64,000 nt of DNA from a virus (taxonomy: Duplodnaviria; Heunggongvirae; Uroviricota; Caudoviricetes). The notes beneath the pieces are model-generated. The model was not told where the DNA came from. It saw nothing but the letters and a program-made list of their open reading frames with translations, and searched no databases. The position numbers and the translations under genes were made by a program. Of this stretch, positions 39,597 to 50,313 are shown one piece after another. The stretch lies in IMG/VR virus record IMGVR_UViG_2718218172_000010. One strand, written 5' to 3'. Each line of letters starts with the position of its first letter. Position 1 is the first letter of the stretch.

Positions 39597-40829
39597 ATGT
39601 ACTGCAATGAATTAAAAGAATTTGCGCAAGAGCAGGAACAAAAACTTATCAGTGCGCTTGCTGATACCAGAGAGCACCCGTCCCCCGATGGTGAAACAAG
39701 AAGCCGGGATAATTATCAACGGGATTACGCGCGTATTCTGTATTCATCATCATTTCGCAGGCTGCAGGGAAAGATGCAACTTTTTGAAATTGATCCTGAA
39801 AAATTCAACAGAAACAGATTAACGCACAGTCTTGAGGTTGCTCAGATCGCCCGAAGTATCGCGTCAGACCTCAAACTGATTAACCCGGTGGTGGTTGAAC
39901 TGGCAGCGCTGGCGCATGACATCGGAAATCCTCCTTTCGGTCATTCCGGTGAAAAACTGCTTAATGAACTGTCTGAAGAAATCGGCGGCTATGAAGGTAA
40001 TGCACAGGCGCTACGTATCCTGAGAAAACTGGAGAAGAAATTTTCATACTGCAACGGATTAAATCTGACTCACCGTAGTTTACTTTCGGTTGTTAAGTAT
40101 CCCATCCCCCGCGCTGCAGCTACTGCCGGCAAGTTCATTTATGATGATGATTACTATTTTTACATTAACCTGCTTGCTGAAAATCAGCTCGATCTGAATC
40201 CCGGAGAGAAAACGATTGATGCGCAGATAATGGATCTCGCGGATGAGATTGCCTACGCCGCGCATGACCTGGAAGATGCCCTTAGCAGGAACATGGTCAC
40301 GATTGAAGATATTGAATATGAGTTTCAGATTTCTGACGAATTCCGGGGAGCGAGGGAACAGTTCAGGGAAATCGTTACTCAGTCGAGAAACACCGCTTTT
40401 CAGGCTAACTTACTGAAAACCTCAGAAGAATTTGCCATCATATTCCGCAAGGAGTTAACTTCAAATATTGTCAATCGCCTCGTTGCAGATATTTCTGTAG
40501 TAACGAACCTGAATGGTTTTCAGGAACTGGGGTTCGGGAAACTGAATGCGTTATCCGAAGGACTCAAAAAACTTCTCTTTAAAGTCATCATGCGAAAACG
40601 TAATATCCTCACCTATGAGTTCAGGGGAAATAAAATAATCAGGGATTTATATGACTTTTACAATGAAGGAGAGAATTATAAATTTCTGCCTCCTGAACTT
40701 AAATTCACCTTACCCCAACCAGATTCCTGTATATTTGAAATCAGCAAAAAACGAGCAGTGGTTGACTATATTTCAGGTATGATGGATACATTTGCAGTCA
40801 AGGAATGGGAAACTCACTGTCTGAAGTAA
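39597..40829 (+). CDS. HD-domain dGTP triphosphohydrolase-like protein (Dgt family)
   Basis: RLTHSLEVAQIARS, LAALAHDIGNPPFGHSGE, DLADEIAYAAHDLEDA; ATG with AGGAAG SD. Confidence 0.7.
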   Translation: MYCNELKEFAQEQEQKLISALADTREHPSPDGETRSRDNYQRDYARILYSSSFRRLQGKMQLFEIDPEKFNRNRLTHSLEVAQIARSIASDLKLINPVVVELAALAHDIGNPPFGHSGEKLLNELSEEIGGYEGNAQALRILRKLEKKFSYCNGLNLTHRSLLSVVKYPIPRAAATAGKFIYDDDYYFYINLLAENQLDLNPGEKTIDAQIMDLADEIAYAAHDLEDALSRNMVTIEDIEYEFQISDEFRGAREQFREIVTQSRNTAFQANLLKTSEEFAIIFRKELTSNIVNRLVADISVVTNLNGFQELGFGKLNALSEGLKKLLFKVIMRKRNILTYEFRGNKIIRDLYDFYNEGENYKFLPPELKFTLPQPDSCIFEISKKRAVVDYISGMMDTFAVKEWETHCLK

Positions 40830-40928
40830 CACTGCCGATTACCAGAGGCGCATATTTTCCCGTTATGGTTATTGCGCCTTTATTCCGTTTCGGTGACAGG
40901 TTATTTTAAATATTCTGGAAATGCGTTG

Positions 40929-41498
40929 ATGGGCAAGAACAATTACCCTGAAAATAAATACAGGAAATGGTTTTCCACAGCAATAACATATCTTATTACA
41001 GGTGGTTTGTGCTGGTATATGTTGTGGGCATCCGCTATATCTCATTATACTGTTTTACAAAATACGGTACCTGAATGGACAACATATTTTTGCACCGGTA
41101 TAATCACCGGATCTCTTTCTTTTATTTATGCATTTTATATCCGCACCTTTAACAGAACATTAAAGTCTTTATTAAATGCATTCACGGGGGGATTTTGTCT
41201 TGGATTTATACTGAGTCTGAACTGTTACGATGTCTGTGTTTATCTTTTTCCGGATAAGGTTATTAGCTATGAATCTGAATATGATGTTGTTTTTCCGGGA
41301 CCATCAAGAGGAAAGTATGGACATTGTGAAGCGGGACTCTGGTTGAAAGATCAAAACACTTCCAGATGGATACAACTTTGTACAAATAAAGAGTTCCTGC
41401 GCAGTCACCATAAGCAGGGGATGACAGGTGTATGGGTAACAGCTCGTGTTAATAAAATTGGGTCGTATATCGTGAAATATGAATTTATCTATATGTAG
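40929..41498 (+). CDS. multi-pass membrane protein, unknown function
   Basis: Three or more hydrophobic helices; low GC; 43 nt after dGTPase-like gene. Confidence 0.4.
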   Translation: MGKNNYPENKYRKWFSTAITYLITGGLCWYMLWASAISHYTVLQNTVPEWTTYFCTGIITGSLSFIYAFYIRTFNRTLKSLLNAFTGGFCLGFILSLNCYDVCVYLFPDKVISYESEYDVVFPGPSRGKYGHCEAGLWLKDQNTSRWIQLCTNKEFLRSHHKQGMTGVWVTARVNKIGSYIVKYEFIYM

Positions 41499-41914
41499 GT
41501 AAAAGCTGACATGTTTACCATGGATGAGTTGCTATATTTTTGCGCATACAGGAGTAATCGATTACTGGCTATACTAAAAATACAGAGAAAAGCTATCCCG
41601 GGATAAAGATTACCAACTCACAGAGACAAGCCTTGCCTTATAAACAGATAAATATCATCAACACAGATTCAGAAGCTGAAGCAGTAAGCCATGGTTAACT
41701 GCCTGCTGCCAGTACAGATAAAACAATCAGTCTCGCTGACTGGCTCTTATCACTATCGTTATTTCATAACTCTACAGTATAACTCATTTATCTTTATTGC
41801 CATATATTAGCATGAAGTCAGGCATTTTCATTCCCTGTCGATAATATATCAACTCCGGAGAAGTGCTTGCTATATATTCCTTGATATTAATACAAATTCA
41901 AATATATATTGCTG

Positions 41915-42349
41915 TTATTCATAATCAGGACCAGATGATACTTCCTGAGATATAAGAAAATCATCAAGAGAACCTCCGGCTTTTATAGCCTCTGCTATGG
42001 CCTTAGGCCGACGTCCTTGCCCATTCCAGTACATTCTTTTACCGTTATCGTCATACTCGTATTTATGCCCTCCTGACACACTTTTTCTGCCTGCCTGTGA
42101 TTTTTTGCCAAATTCACGACAAAAATCTTCCAGAGATATACCATGTTCATCCATGAGTGATTTGATAGCTTTCATATTTTCCTTTCGCTCATCACGTTGC
42201 TGAATAGCTATGTCAAAGTTTTCCTTAACCTTATTTAAATCTTCATCAGACATTTCTGTGACCAGTTTTTTAACAAAGTCAATACTCAGAAGTAATGCCC
42301 GGTAAGTAATGAACTCTTCATTTTCAACAGAAATTTTCTTCTTACTCAT
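41915..42349 (-). CDS. H-NS family nucleoid protein paralog
   Basis: C-terminal GKRMYWNGQGRRPKAIAEAIKAGGSLDDFLISQ, matching H-NS DNA-binding motif. Confidence 0.75.
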   Translation of the reverse strand: MSKKKISVENEEFITYRALLLSIDFVKKLVTEMSDEDLNKVKENFDIAIQQRDERKENMKAIKSLMDEHGISLEDFCREFGKKSQAGRKSVSGGHKYEYDDNGKRMYWNGQGRRPKAIAEAIKAGGSLDDFLISQEVSSGPDYE

Positions 42350-43241
42350 TTATTAACACTCAGCTTTTCATTCATTTATGGCAAATCCTATCAGGTGATT
42401 TGCCATAAAAATAATATATGTATCACATTTTTCGACACTTAATCGTCACTTCCTTTCCGAAGGAAAGGCCATCGCAGAAAGTAAGAGAACGTTCTTTGTA
42501 TTTGATACTTAGCGAAATTGCGCCGGTCACTACTTGTCTGAGTCCATTCACTTTCGTTAATGTTAATGAGAAAACCCGCAGTATGATGCGTAATTTCATC
42601 AAACTGATGAAATTCGGTAGCAATCATATATCTGGTGTAGCCTGCATATTCGCAGGAAAATGAATATCGATTATACTAATGGACTAACAATCTCCAGCCT
42701 CTTCAAGAAGATGTTATAAATACACACAGATACTGATTCTCATCCCTTTCAGGCCTGGAACACTATTTCTGCTTTTTAGCATCATCTGGTAGCGATACTT
42801 TCCAGGTATGTCGCCCCATTTTTGTTCGTCTCCATTTTTTTAAGAATTGTGCAAGTAAAAAACTTTTTACCTCTCCTGGAACTGTCGTATTTGCTGATAT
42901 TGTTCGTTTGTCTAAAGAACCTGCTGGTCTTGTCATTAATATTACCTGCTGATTGCTTCACACCCGGGCTCCTCGCACTGCGCGCGGGTTATTGTTTCGT
43001 TTTCAGCCCCGGGGTCGCCAAGGCTCTGGATGGGGTACTACTTCCATTGACAGCATGAGGTAACAATACTGATGGTAACGCTGACCATTAACCGTAAACC
43101 ACAGGGCATTTTCAGTAAATCACCGGCAACGCCGCTGCAGGATAAAATGAACACTGCACACAACGTGAAGGCCAGGGAACGGATACCACAGTTGAACGAT
43201 AAACAGAGCCCTGCTCTGCTGAAAAAACACCGTGGCGGCAT

Positions 43242-43586
43242 ATGACAAAACGCCAGCGTAAAAACCGTAAGCGTATTAATCGTCTTGTGGAACACTGGCC
43301 TGAGTTATTCAACCGGGAAAAACCCCAACCGCGTAAAGTTGAGATACCTGACGACCTGATACAGGATATCGCCATCAGAGAACTGGCGTTTAGCGCAGGT
43401 GCATTACGCGCGGCAGTAGCGTCTTATGTGCAGTCTCCGCGCTATTACCGTGCGTTAATGGCTGGCGGCGCCCGTTACGACCTGAAGGGGCAGCCGTGCG
43501 GGGAAGTGACTCCACAGGAACAGAAAGAGGCAGAGACCCGGCTAATGGTGCTGAATGACCGACAAAAAGCCAGAAAACCTCGTTGA
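43242..43586 (+). CDS. ProQ/FinO-domain RNA-binding protein
   Basis: LRAAVASYVQSPRYYRALMAGGARYDLKGQPCGEVT resembles ProQ RSALRLYTSSWRYLYG...RVDLDGNPCGEL. Confidence 0.6.
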   Translation: MTKRQRKNRKRINRLVEHWPELFNREKPQPRKVEIPDDLIQDIAIRELAFSAGALRAAVASYVQSPRYYRALMAGGARYDLKGQPCGEVTPQEQKEAETRLMVLNDRQKARKPR

Positions 43587-43604
43587 CTACACAACTGCGC
43601 TGAT

Positions 43605-44153
43605 TCACTGAGCTGTAATCAATGTACAGCGCTGTACCGGACGATGGGTAATGGCGGTCACAACCGGTAACCCCAGAGACAATGCGACGGTTTTTAACGC
43701 TACATACTGACCGGATGTATCACCCCGGGCAACCCGAAAACACCTTTCAACCTGGCATTGTCCGCCAGCGCTTATCACCTTCCAGGTCTGTTGCAATAAA
43801 TCCACCCGTTGCGAACATTCTTCATCAACCGTGGCACTGGCCCGCGGATGGCAAATGCTCGTCTGGCTGAGCAGCAACAGGCATCGTATTGTTGCTCCTC
43901 CATGTTGTTCCCGCAACCAGCGTAATACCACCGGCGAGGATGGACAGGCAGTGTGATTACGCTCAGTAATACGTTCGTGCACCTGTCGGTAAAAGGAAGT
44001 ACAGAATGCCTGAATCTGTTGCCCGTTGATGTTTCCTTCAGCCGAATGGAGCGTGAAGTGGACTGCCAGCAGACGCGGCCAGTGGTCCACCGCCTGCTGA
44101 ACAAAACGCCGGATGTCTCCCGGCTCTGAAATTAAGGCTTCGGTTATTTGCAC
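43605..44153 (-). CDS. hypothetical protein (GTG start)
   Basis: 182 aa; AAGGA SD before GTG. Confidence 0.35.
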   Translation of the reverse strand: MQITEALISEPGDIRRFVQQAVDHWPRLLAVHFTLHSAEGNINGQQIQAFCTSFYRQVHERITERNHTACPSSPVVLRWLREQHGGATIRCLLLLSQTSICHPRASATVDEECSQRVDLLQQTWKVISAGGQCQVERCFRVARGDTSGQYVALKTVALSLGLPVVTAITHRPVQRCTLITAQ

Positions 44154-44421
44154 GAAATGTTCCTTTTCAAACCCTGTTGAATTTTGTTAAGCCGGTGCAG
44201 ACACACGGGAAGGTGCGCATCAACACCGGTGTAATGCCAGTTATAAACAATGTGAATGGAATGACGAATCAGTCAGGAAAGAGCTACAACCTGCTGGCTG
44301 ACCGGAGAGGGTCAGCAGGAAAATGAACGGTAATGTCGCCAGCACCAGGGACAGGGCTGATTTCCGCAATACCAGCGCCGGCATTTTGCACATTGCCAGC
44401 GTACCGGCATCACAACACGTT

Positions 44422-44658
44422 TCATGCTGCTGCTCCTCGTGATTCCTCAATTCGCTGCTGCATCCACTGCTCCACTTCACTTTTGTACCAGCGGCTGCTG
44501 CGGCCCAGCTTGATGGGTTTCGGGAAATGGCCTTCACTGATCAGCTTGTAAAACCATTTATCGGTCATGCCGGTGAAACTGGTGATGTAGTTCATGTCGA
44601 TCAGGGGATCCTCGGCACGCAGCAATACACTGTCGTGGCCTGTTATTGAGGTCAACAT
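44422..44658 (-). CDS. AlpA-like excisionase/regulator
   Basis: ...FTGMTDKWFYKLISEGHFPKPIKLGRSSRWYKSEVEQWM, resembling AlpA. Confidence 0.55.
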   Translation of the reverse strand: MLTSITGHDSVLLRAEDPLIDMNYITSFTGMTDKWFYKLISEGHFPKPIKLGRSSRWYKSEVEQWMQQRIEESRGAAA

Positions 44659-44726
44659 AGTCAGAATATCCTCTGTGAGATTTATGAAGGTTGGGCAAAT
44701 GCGGGTGAATCTGCTGAACTGAGCTT

Positions 44727-45431
44727 TCAGAGCTGGCCTGCTACGGGATACCAGGGATTGCCGGCAAGGCAACGGGCTTCCGGATCGCACACTCCACGGC
44801 GATCGCGGGCGAAATCACTGAACGCCCTGATAAGGTCCTTAAACAGGGCTTCGCAGTCCGGTGACCGGCGATCCAGTACCACATCCCGGGTGATCTGCTT
44901 CTGGTACGGCTTTGCTTCACCTGGTGACGCGAACCCCAGCACATTACTCCAGGCATCCAGTATCAACCGATCCAGTTCGGTGCCGTCGAAATACTCCTGT
45001 CTGACGCACAGCACCACGTGGTATTCCGGCTTTTCCGGATGACGGGTCAGGAGCCAGCAAAGGTCGCGTCCGGGTTTCGCATTCATCAGCGCACTGACGG
45101 TTTCGATAAAATCCATACCAAACCAGGTCTGTCTGCTGTTGAAGGCGTTGTCATGTTCCCACGGCAGACGAAGCAGGATCCGCCGTATCCGTGAGCCGGA
45201 CTGCTCACGCAGCGCACGCTCAAGGACGCCGATGACTTTGTTCTGATAAGATGGCCAGAAGGGTGCCAGGCTATAGTCGAAATAAGGAATAGCATTCATA
45301 AGATATGTTCCGTTATGCGCAGCCCACAATGCGTCCTGCCCGTGAATGAGCTGACGTGTTATGGCTTGCGGATGAGATTGATGGAATAAGTGAAGAACTG
45401 AAGCAGAACGGGAAGATAAGGGACAGAACAC
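44727..45431 (-). CDS. YfjJ/YagK-family HUH-like protein (start uncertain: GTG 45431 or ATG 45299)
   Basis: HUH-like YHVVLCV motif; conserved upstream leader shared with 50314-50370. Confidence 0.45.
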   Translation of the reverse strand: MFCPLSSRSASVLHLFHQSHPQAITRQLIHGQDALWAAHNGTYLMNAIPYFDYSLAPFWPSYQNKVIGVLERALREQSGSRIRRILLRLPWEHDNAFNSRQTWFGMDFIETVSALMNAKPGRDLCWLLTRHPEKPEYHVVLCVRQEYFDGTELDRLILDAWSNVLGFASPGEAKPYQKQITRDVVLDRRSPDCEALFKDLIRAFSDFARDRRGVCDPEARCLAGNPWYPVAGQL

Positions 45432-45545
45432 CGGATTCAGGTTCAGGATGAATGATCTCCGTTGACTTCAGTTCACATCATTAATCAATGCGGTAAGTTT
45501 TTACCGACGGAGTGTTTCCAGGAGCGGAGGCTCAGGCCTTAAGCT

Positions 45546-46112
45546 TCAGAAGTGAGGCTTACGAGGACGCCCTGCAGCAGGACGTTCAGGAACTTCATTG
45601 CAGCCGTAGGCACACAGCCCGTCTTTTTGCTCTTCTTTCGCCAGATAATGCAGGGCACCGCGAATATTATCGATGCTTTCAGGATCATTGTGGCGCACAG
45701 GAATGTTGATGTTGTATGTATAATGCGGCTGATATGTACAGCGGTGTGCCGAACCGCTGTTATGCGTAATAGACCGCCAGCATTCCGTAATCCGCTCCGC
45801 AAAGGGATATATTTTTTTAACCCTCTGACGATCGATCCAGAAAACCGCATGCGCATGAAAACCATGATCAACCGTCCATTCAATCACCCAGAAGAAGCCA
45901 ACGATATTTTCAAATTGTTCCACCTGCTCCAGCAGCATACGCAACTGCAATTCAAGCCAGCGATGATCAGGTTGTAAGAAATCAGGCGTATCTTTCCTGT
46001 AGAAGAAATCCATGCGTAAGGCCCGCAGGCAGGAATAGCGTGCCATCATTTGATTGATGTGATTGTCAAGTAAAGCGGTAAAAAACCAGTTTGGTGTGTA
46101 AGATTTAGGCAT
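45546..46112 (-). CDS. YfjJ/YagK-family HUH-like protein
   Basis: AGGAG SD; HAHAVFWI motif; 188 aa. Confidence 0.5.
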   Translation of the reverse strand: MPKSYTPNWFFTALLDNHINQMMARYSCLRALRMDFFYRKDTPDFLQPDHRWLELQLRMLLEQVEQFENIVGFFWVIEWTVDHGFHAHAVFWIDRQRVKKIYPFAERITECWRSITHNSGSAHRCTYQPHYTYNINIPVRHNDPESIDNIRGALHYLAKEEQKDGLCAYGCNEVPERPAAGRPRKPHF

Positions 46113-47650
46113 GTTGATGACTCCTGAAAGTTAATGATGTTTTAAGCTCTGTGAGCGAATTAATGCTTTCGCTCATAATCAGATCTAAAACGGTAATAAC
46201 TTACAGATGGTATTTATCAGGCATGCTGTAGCAGAATGAATACGACGGGTTATTAACGATACGCAGCATTATGCAGAAAGAAATGGATTATCTGATGGTA
46301 TTAGCTAAAGAGATGAGATAAACGAGGAGTAAAGAAAATACAGACTCAATAAAACATCACGAAATACTGCAAAATACGCGATAAAACACCACGTCCAGAA
46401 GGTTAAGAAACATATTGCGACCAATCAATCATAAACTACAAACTTGCTCTCAGTGGTTGTAAAAACTGTGTACAAGGCCAATGCAATAAACTTATATGCG
46501 CTCATTCAATCTGTTCTTAAGGACATGAACATTCACGGCTCACGATAGCAGAATAAAAAATACCACTGACATGATTTTCATCCTGCATCTTAGATAATAC
46601 AACCCAGAACAAACATAATCAGGAATCTCTCCTGTCAATTCCATTGTTTATCCAGCTCTGTTAATCGTTACAGAATCATGGATACCTTATCAAAAAGTAA
46701 ACATTCGGTTAATCAGTAATGACAAAAGAATTGATGTTCATCAGAATAGTTAAAACACTTCAGATAAACAACCATTGTTAAGAAAATACAGCTCATGATG
46801 GATAAGATTAAAATTAATTGCTGTTTCAGTGAAAATGAGAACAGATGAATATCATCAGTAGAATGGTAGAGAATAACTTACCTGAACATCATATGAGTTA
46901 CAGTAAATATGATTGAGGGATGGAATGAATACGATAACAAGAGTAATACTAATGGAATGTGTAACGATAGAGTGAATATAATCGTAAAGATAGAGAGTGA
47001 GTAAAGACAGGAAGTAAATAACAATAGAGATTGTATGAAAAAGGGAGTGAGTATAATAATAGTAATAAACCTAAATTAAAATTATCCATGTTTAATGAAT
47101 GGAAATGAGAAATCCGCCGTTCTGAACATATTCCGGACAGTTCCATTCCCTTACAAAAAAATATCAAATTAATTTTCTTCAACCCTCTATTAAAACATGA
47201 ATCGCATCCCTTATCAGTAACAGACGAATAATAATTTGTTATTCAGAAAGAGAGCGACATCGTCATATACCCCAGCACTCATCACGGCAAGAATCAAACA
47301 AACTTATATATATAAACTCACACAATATGGTTAATGATTAGCTTTAATCCATGTTTAAAACAATCTTTCGATTACCTTTCGTTATATCTGAAACGAAAAC
47401 CACTCTTCCACCAGTGCGCACATCCCAGCATTCAATCAGCTCTGACAGCAGGTCATTATGAAAACAAAACCAAATCACAGATGTAGTGTATGTGCTGCTA
47501 CTGTTGCTACCATAGCGATTTTTTCAGAGAAATTTTCATTCACACCCAATAATTGGTGAATATTTGCACATGTGCAGGATATGCAACACACCTTATCATC
47601 AACCTTCATTCGAAGGATTATGATTTTCGTTTTCTACTCGCAAAATTGTT

Positions 47651-49255
47651 TTAAAATAAGGTGTAAGCTGAGGAATCAGGTGTAAATGACTGAATTAATG
47701 CCGGTGGAATAACAACGGAATATGTTTTCGCATTATGGTTATACTGGGGTGGAACAATATCAAACGGTTCGTAAGACATTGCGCCGAAAGGAAGGATGTA
47801 ACCATTATTATCAAGAGCAGAAACATAAAGTGCCTGATGCGATCGCATCTTGATGATACGGAAATAATTCTGAGCGATTAACTGATTGAGTACAGGTGTA
47901 AGTTTTTCTGCTCTTCTCAGACGATTGGGACCATATCTTTCAATGTCTGTTTTCCTGATAGCACGCCAATTATTCTGCCTTATTCGGGTCATAATCCATG
48001 CATACAGTTCACAGGCATCCTGTTCAAACTGGCATCGTGCAGACATGGGATAAAATATTGTGCTCGCCTCCTCCAGATACCAGTCCATGAGATGCATAGC
48101 TTTAAAAAGCGCAATTGATTCAATTTCCTCAGCATCTTTATAGCAATAGCAGGTGAATATTCCAGCTATCCTCAGTATATTAGAACCTGCTTTCAGAACA
48201 ATATCTCTGATGTGTTCCCACTCCCCTCCTGCAAGCGCTTTTCTTTCAATCTTAATCTGGTTTTCCTGCCACTCCCCCAACGCTTTCTTTGCAAGTTTTA
48301 ATGTTTTCCTTTCGGTGCTCATACCGGGGGAATTAATGTTATGGCTTAACAGAAATCCGTTAATCTTTTTATGAAACTTCTCCAGGGTTGGTTTTGTTCT
48401 GAACTCGCCTCTCGTATAATCCCGTACCCGGGAAGGACTTCCGGTCTGACTGAACAGAAACCGGGAAAGAAATCCGCTTCCCCACGCCAGTACGTCATTT
48501 TTATTTATATAATTCGTAAAGACATCCGGCTGGGACATTAACGAAAATGTCAGACGTGGCGTGATATGGTATTTCTCGTCAGCCCGTCCAAAATCAAACG
48601 GTTGTCCACTCCATGCTTTATTCAACAGGCCCGGATAATTTTTCAGATAGCTTCTGAAAAAAGTGACCGCCTCGTCAGAAATAACCCCTGCCTCAGGATG
48701 TTCATTGAGCCCTTCCACAAGCGCTTTAAGCGAAACATCTTCATAGATAAAATTCGGTCGAACCGGACGTGTCGGTTTATTTCTTTCGTGATTACGCAGC
48801 GCCTCTTCTTCCTGTTCCCCCGGATACCCCCGGTTAACAGTCTTTCTTAAATTGGCAGCAAGCGCTTTCTGCCGGGTATTCCAGATCTGTAGTTCAGTCT
48901 TATAATCTTTGTTTCTCTCTTCGTATTGTTGAATGAGTCGATCGGCAAATTCGTAACAGGGGTTCATCACCAGTCTGTTTATCGTTGTTTTTCCCGCGCC
49001 TGGCTCTGCGATTGCCAACAGATAAAGTGAGCAGGGTTCCGGCATGTTGGTGTGAGGATGAACAACGTCAACCAGTGACTGACAGGAGAGTGAGAGCGTT
49101 GCCAGTACAGTATTAAAAATGAGCTCCAGCGGAAGTTGGGTACTTTCATATAAGTCGTCAATGAGATATGCAAGCTCACTAGGAAATAATCTGTAGGTTA
49201 AATCAGCTGGGAAGTGGTGGGATGTCTGCAAGGATTGCATATAAGCGGAATTCAT
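47651..49255 (-). CDS. P-loop NTPase, DUF3987/YfjI-like
   Basis: 534 aa; Walker A AEPGAGKTT. Confidence 0.5.
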   Translation of the reverse strand: MNSAYMQSLQTSHHFPADLTYRLFPSELAYLIDDLYESTQLPLELIFNTVLATLSLSCQSLVDVVHPHTNMPEPCSLYLLAIAEPGAGKTTINRLVMNPCYEFADRLIQQYEERNKDYKTELQIWNTRQKALAANLRKTVNRGYPGEQEEEALRNHERNKPTRPVRPNFIYEDVSLKALVEGLNEHPEAGVISDEAVTFFRSYLKNYPGLLNKAWSGQPFDFGRADEKYHITPRLTFSLMSQPDVFTNYINKNDVLAWGSGFLSRFLFSQTGSPSRVRDYTRGEFRTKPTLEKFHKKINGFLLSHNINSPGMSTERKTLKLAKKALGEWQENQIKIERKALAGGEWEHIRDIVLKAGSNILRIAGIFTCYCYKDAEEIESIALFKAMHLMDWYLEEASTIFYPMSARCQFEQDACELYAWIMTRIRQNNWRAIRKTDIERYGPNRLRRAEKLTPVLNQLIAQNYFRIIKMRSHQALYVSALDNNGYILPFGAMSYEPFDIVPPQYNHNAKTYSVVIPPALIQSFTPDSSAYTLF

Positions 49256-49581
49256 TGTAACGGACCTCCTTCACATACTGTAATCAGCGCAAAACTTATT
49301 GTTCAGTTCAGGAACATACCGGCATGGTGAGTATGTTCGCTGACGTCGATAATAAAATGGCTTATCTCCATTCACCAGTCCCGGCGCATTTATGATGCTG
49401 ACAAAAGTAAAACAACATGTGTGCATCCAGAAGTCTGGCATCGCAGCGACAAATGATGGATGCATGAAAACCAGGAAACATTGCATGACTTCAGGACGAC
49501 TTTTTCAGAAAACGAGCTAAGGGCGTCAACCACGCCCTTACTGTGACATATACTCTGGCACCGGATGCCGTTTTACAGGGT

Positions 49582-50313
49582 TCACCTGCCATCCAGTAGA
49601 CGCCCCGCTCCACGGCTGCAACCATAATTACGTTGACCAGAACCGTCATGCTGCTTCGTCTCATACTTCACGAGATAACGGGCTCTCTCCATGGCTTTCT
49701 GCATCGCTTCCACATCACCACGCTTGATCCAGAGAACAGCGGCTTCACCCGGCTTTTTGTCTGAAGCCTTCCTGGTTTCAGAACATCCACCCGACAAAGG
49801 CGTATCATCGGAAGAAGGGCGAGCATCAGATGATGCCGGTTTACGGAAAGGCGTCCGCCTGGAAAAATGAACCAGTCCATTACCCTGCCAGGGCTCAAGA
49901 TGCAGAGCGCTACACCATGCCAGTTGGATCAGCGTCGCCAGCGAAGAAGGAACGGTGAAATCCCCTGGCGAGCACCAGGTATCTTTGTTGAGCAGTAATA
50001 TCACGTGATAATGTTTCCTGCCTTTTTCCTTGCCAAACTCCCGACACCAGAAATAATGCAGGGTGGTTGCACGCACACGCTTGTTGGTACGTCGTTTTTT
50101 CCGCTGGTAAGCCTGAATTTTGGCTTTCAGGGATTCGAAAAAACGAGAAATCACCGCTGAATCCGGATCGGGATCCATGATGGTGACAGGCATATGCTCA
50201 GGGAAACGTAAATCCACCCGGATTAACGAGACGGCACGGTGTTGCACCAGGGCACTGTTGAGAATACTTTCAAAACGGGATAACCAGTAATCATTGTGTA
50301 TTGGTTGATTCAT
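49582..50313 (-). CDS. YfjJ/YagK-family HUH-like protein
   Basis: HYHVILLL motif; ATG with GGAGA SD. Confidence 0.5.
   Translation of the reverse strand: MNQPIHNDYWLSRFESILNSALVQHRAVSLIRVDLRFPEHMPVTIMDPDPDSAVISRFFESLKAKIQAYQRKKRRTNKRVRATTLHYFWCREFGKEKGRKHYHVILLLNKDTWCSPGDFTVPSSLATLIQLAWCSALHLEPWQGNGLVHFSRRTPFRKPASSDARPSSDDTPLSGGCSETRKASDKKPGEAAVLWIKRGDVEAMQKAMERARYLVKYETKQHDGSGQRNYGCSRGAGRLLDGR

Noticed and set aside
42418-42663. Small ORFs on both strands in the H-NS-like / FinO-like intergenic region
   Set aside because: Mutually overlapping, no start signals; more likely promoter or leader DNA.
44241-44393. 50-aa hydrophobic ORF downstream of the AlpA-like gene
   Set aside because: No recognisable SD; embedded in a longer ORF that overlaps the AlpA-like gene.
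46949-47182. 77-aa minus-strand ORF in the AT-rich spacer
   Set aside because: Low-complexity hydrophobic translation of AT-rich DNA; no SD; surroundings full of stops.
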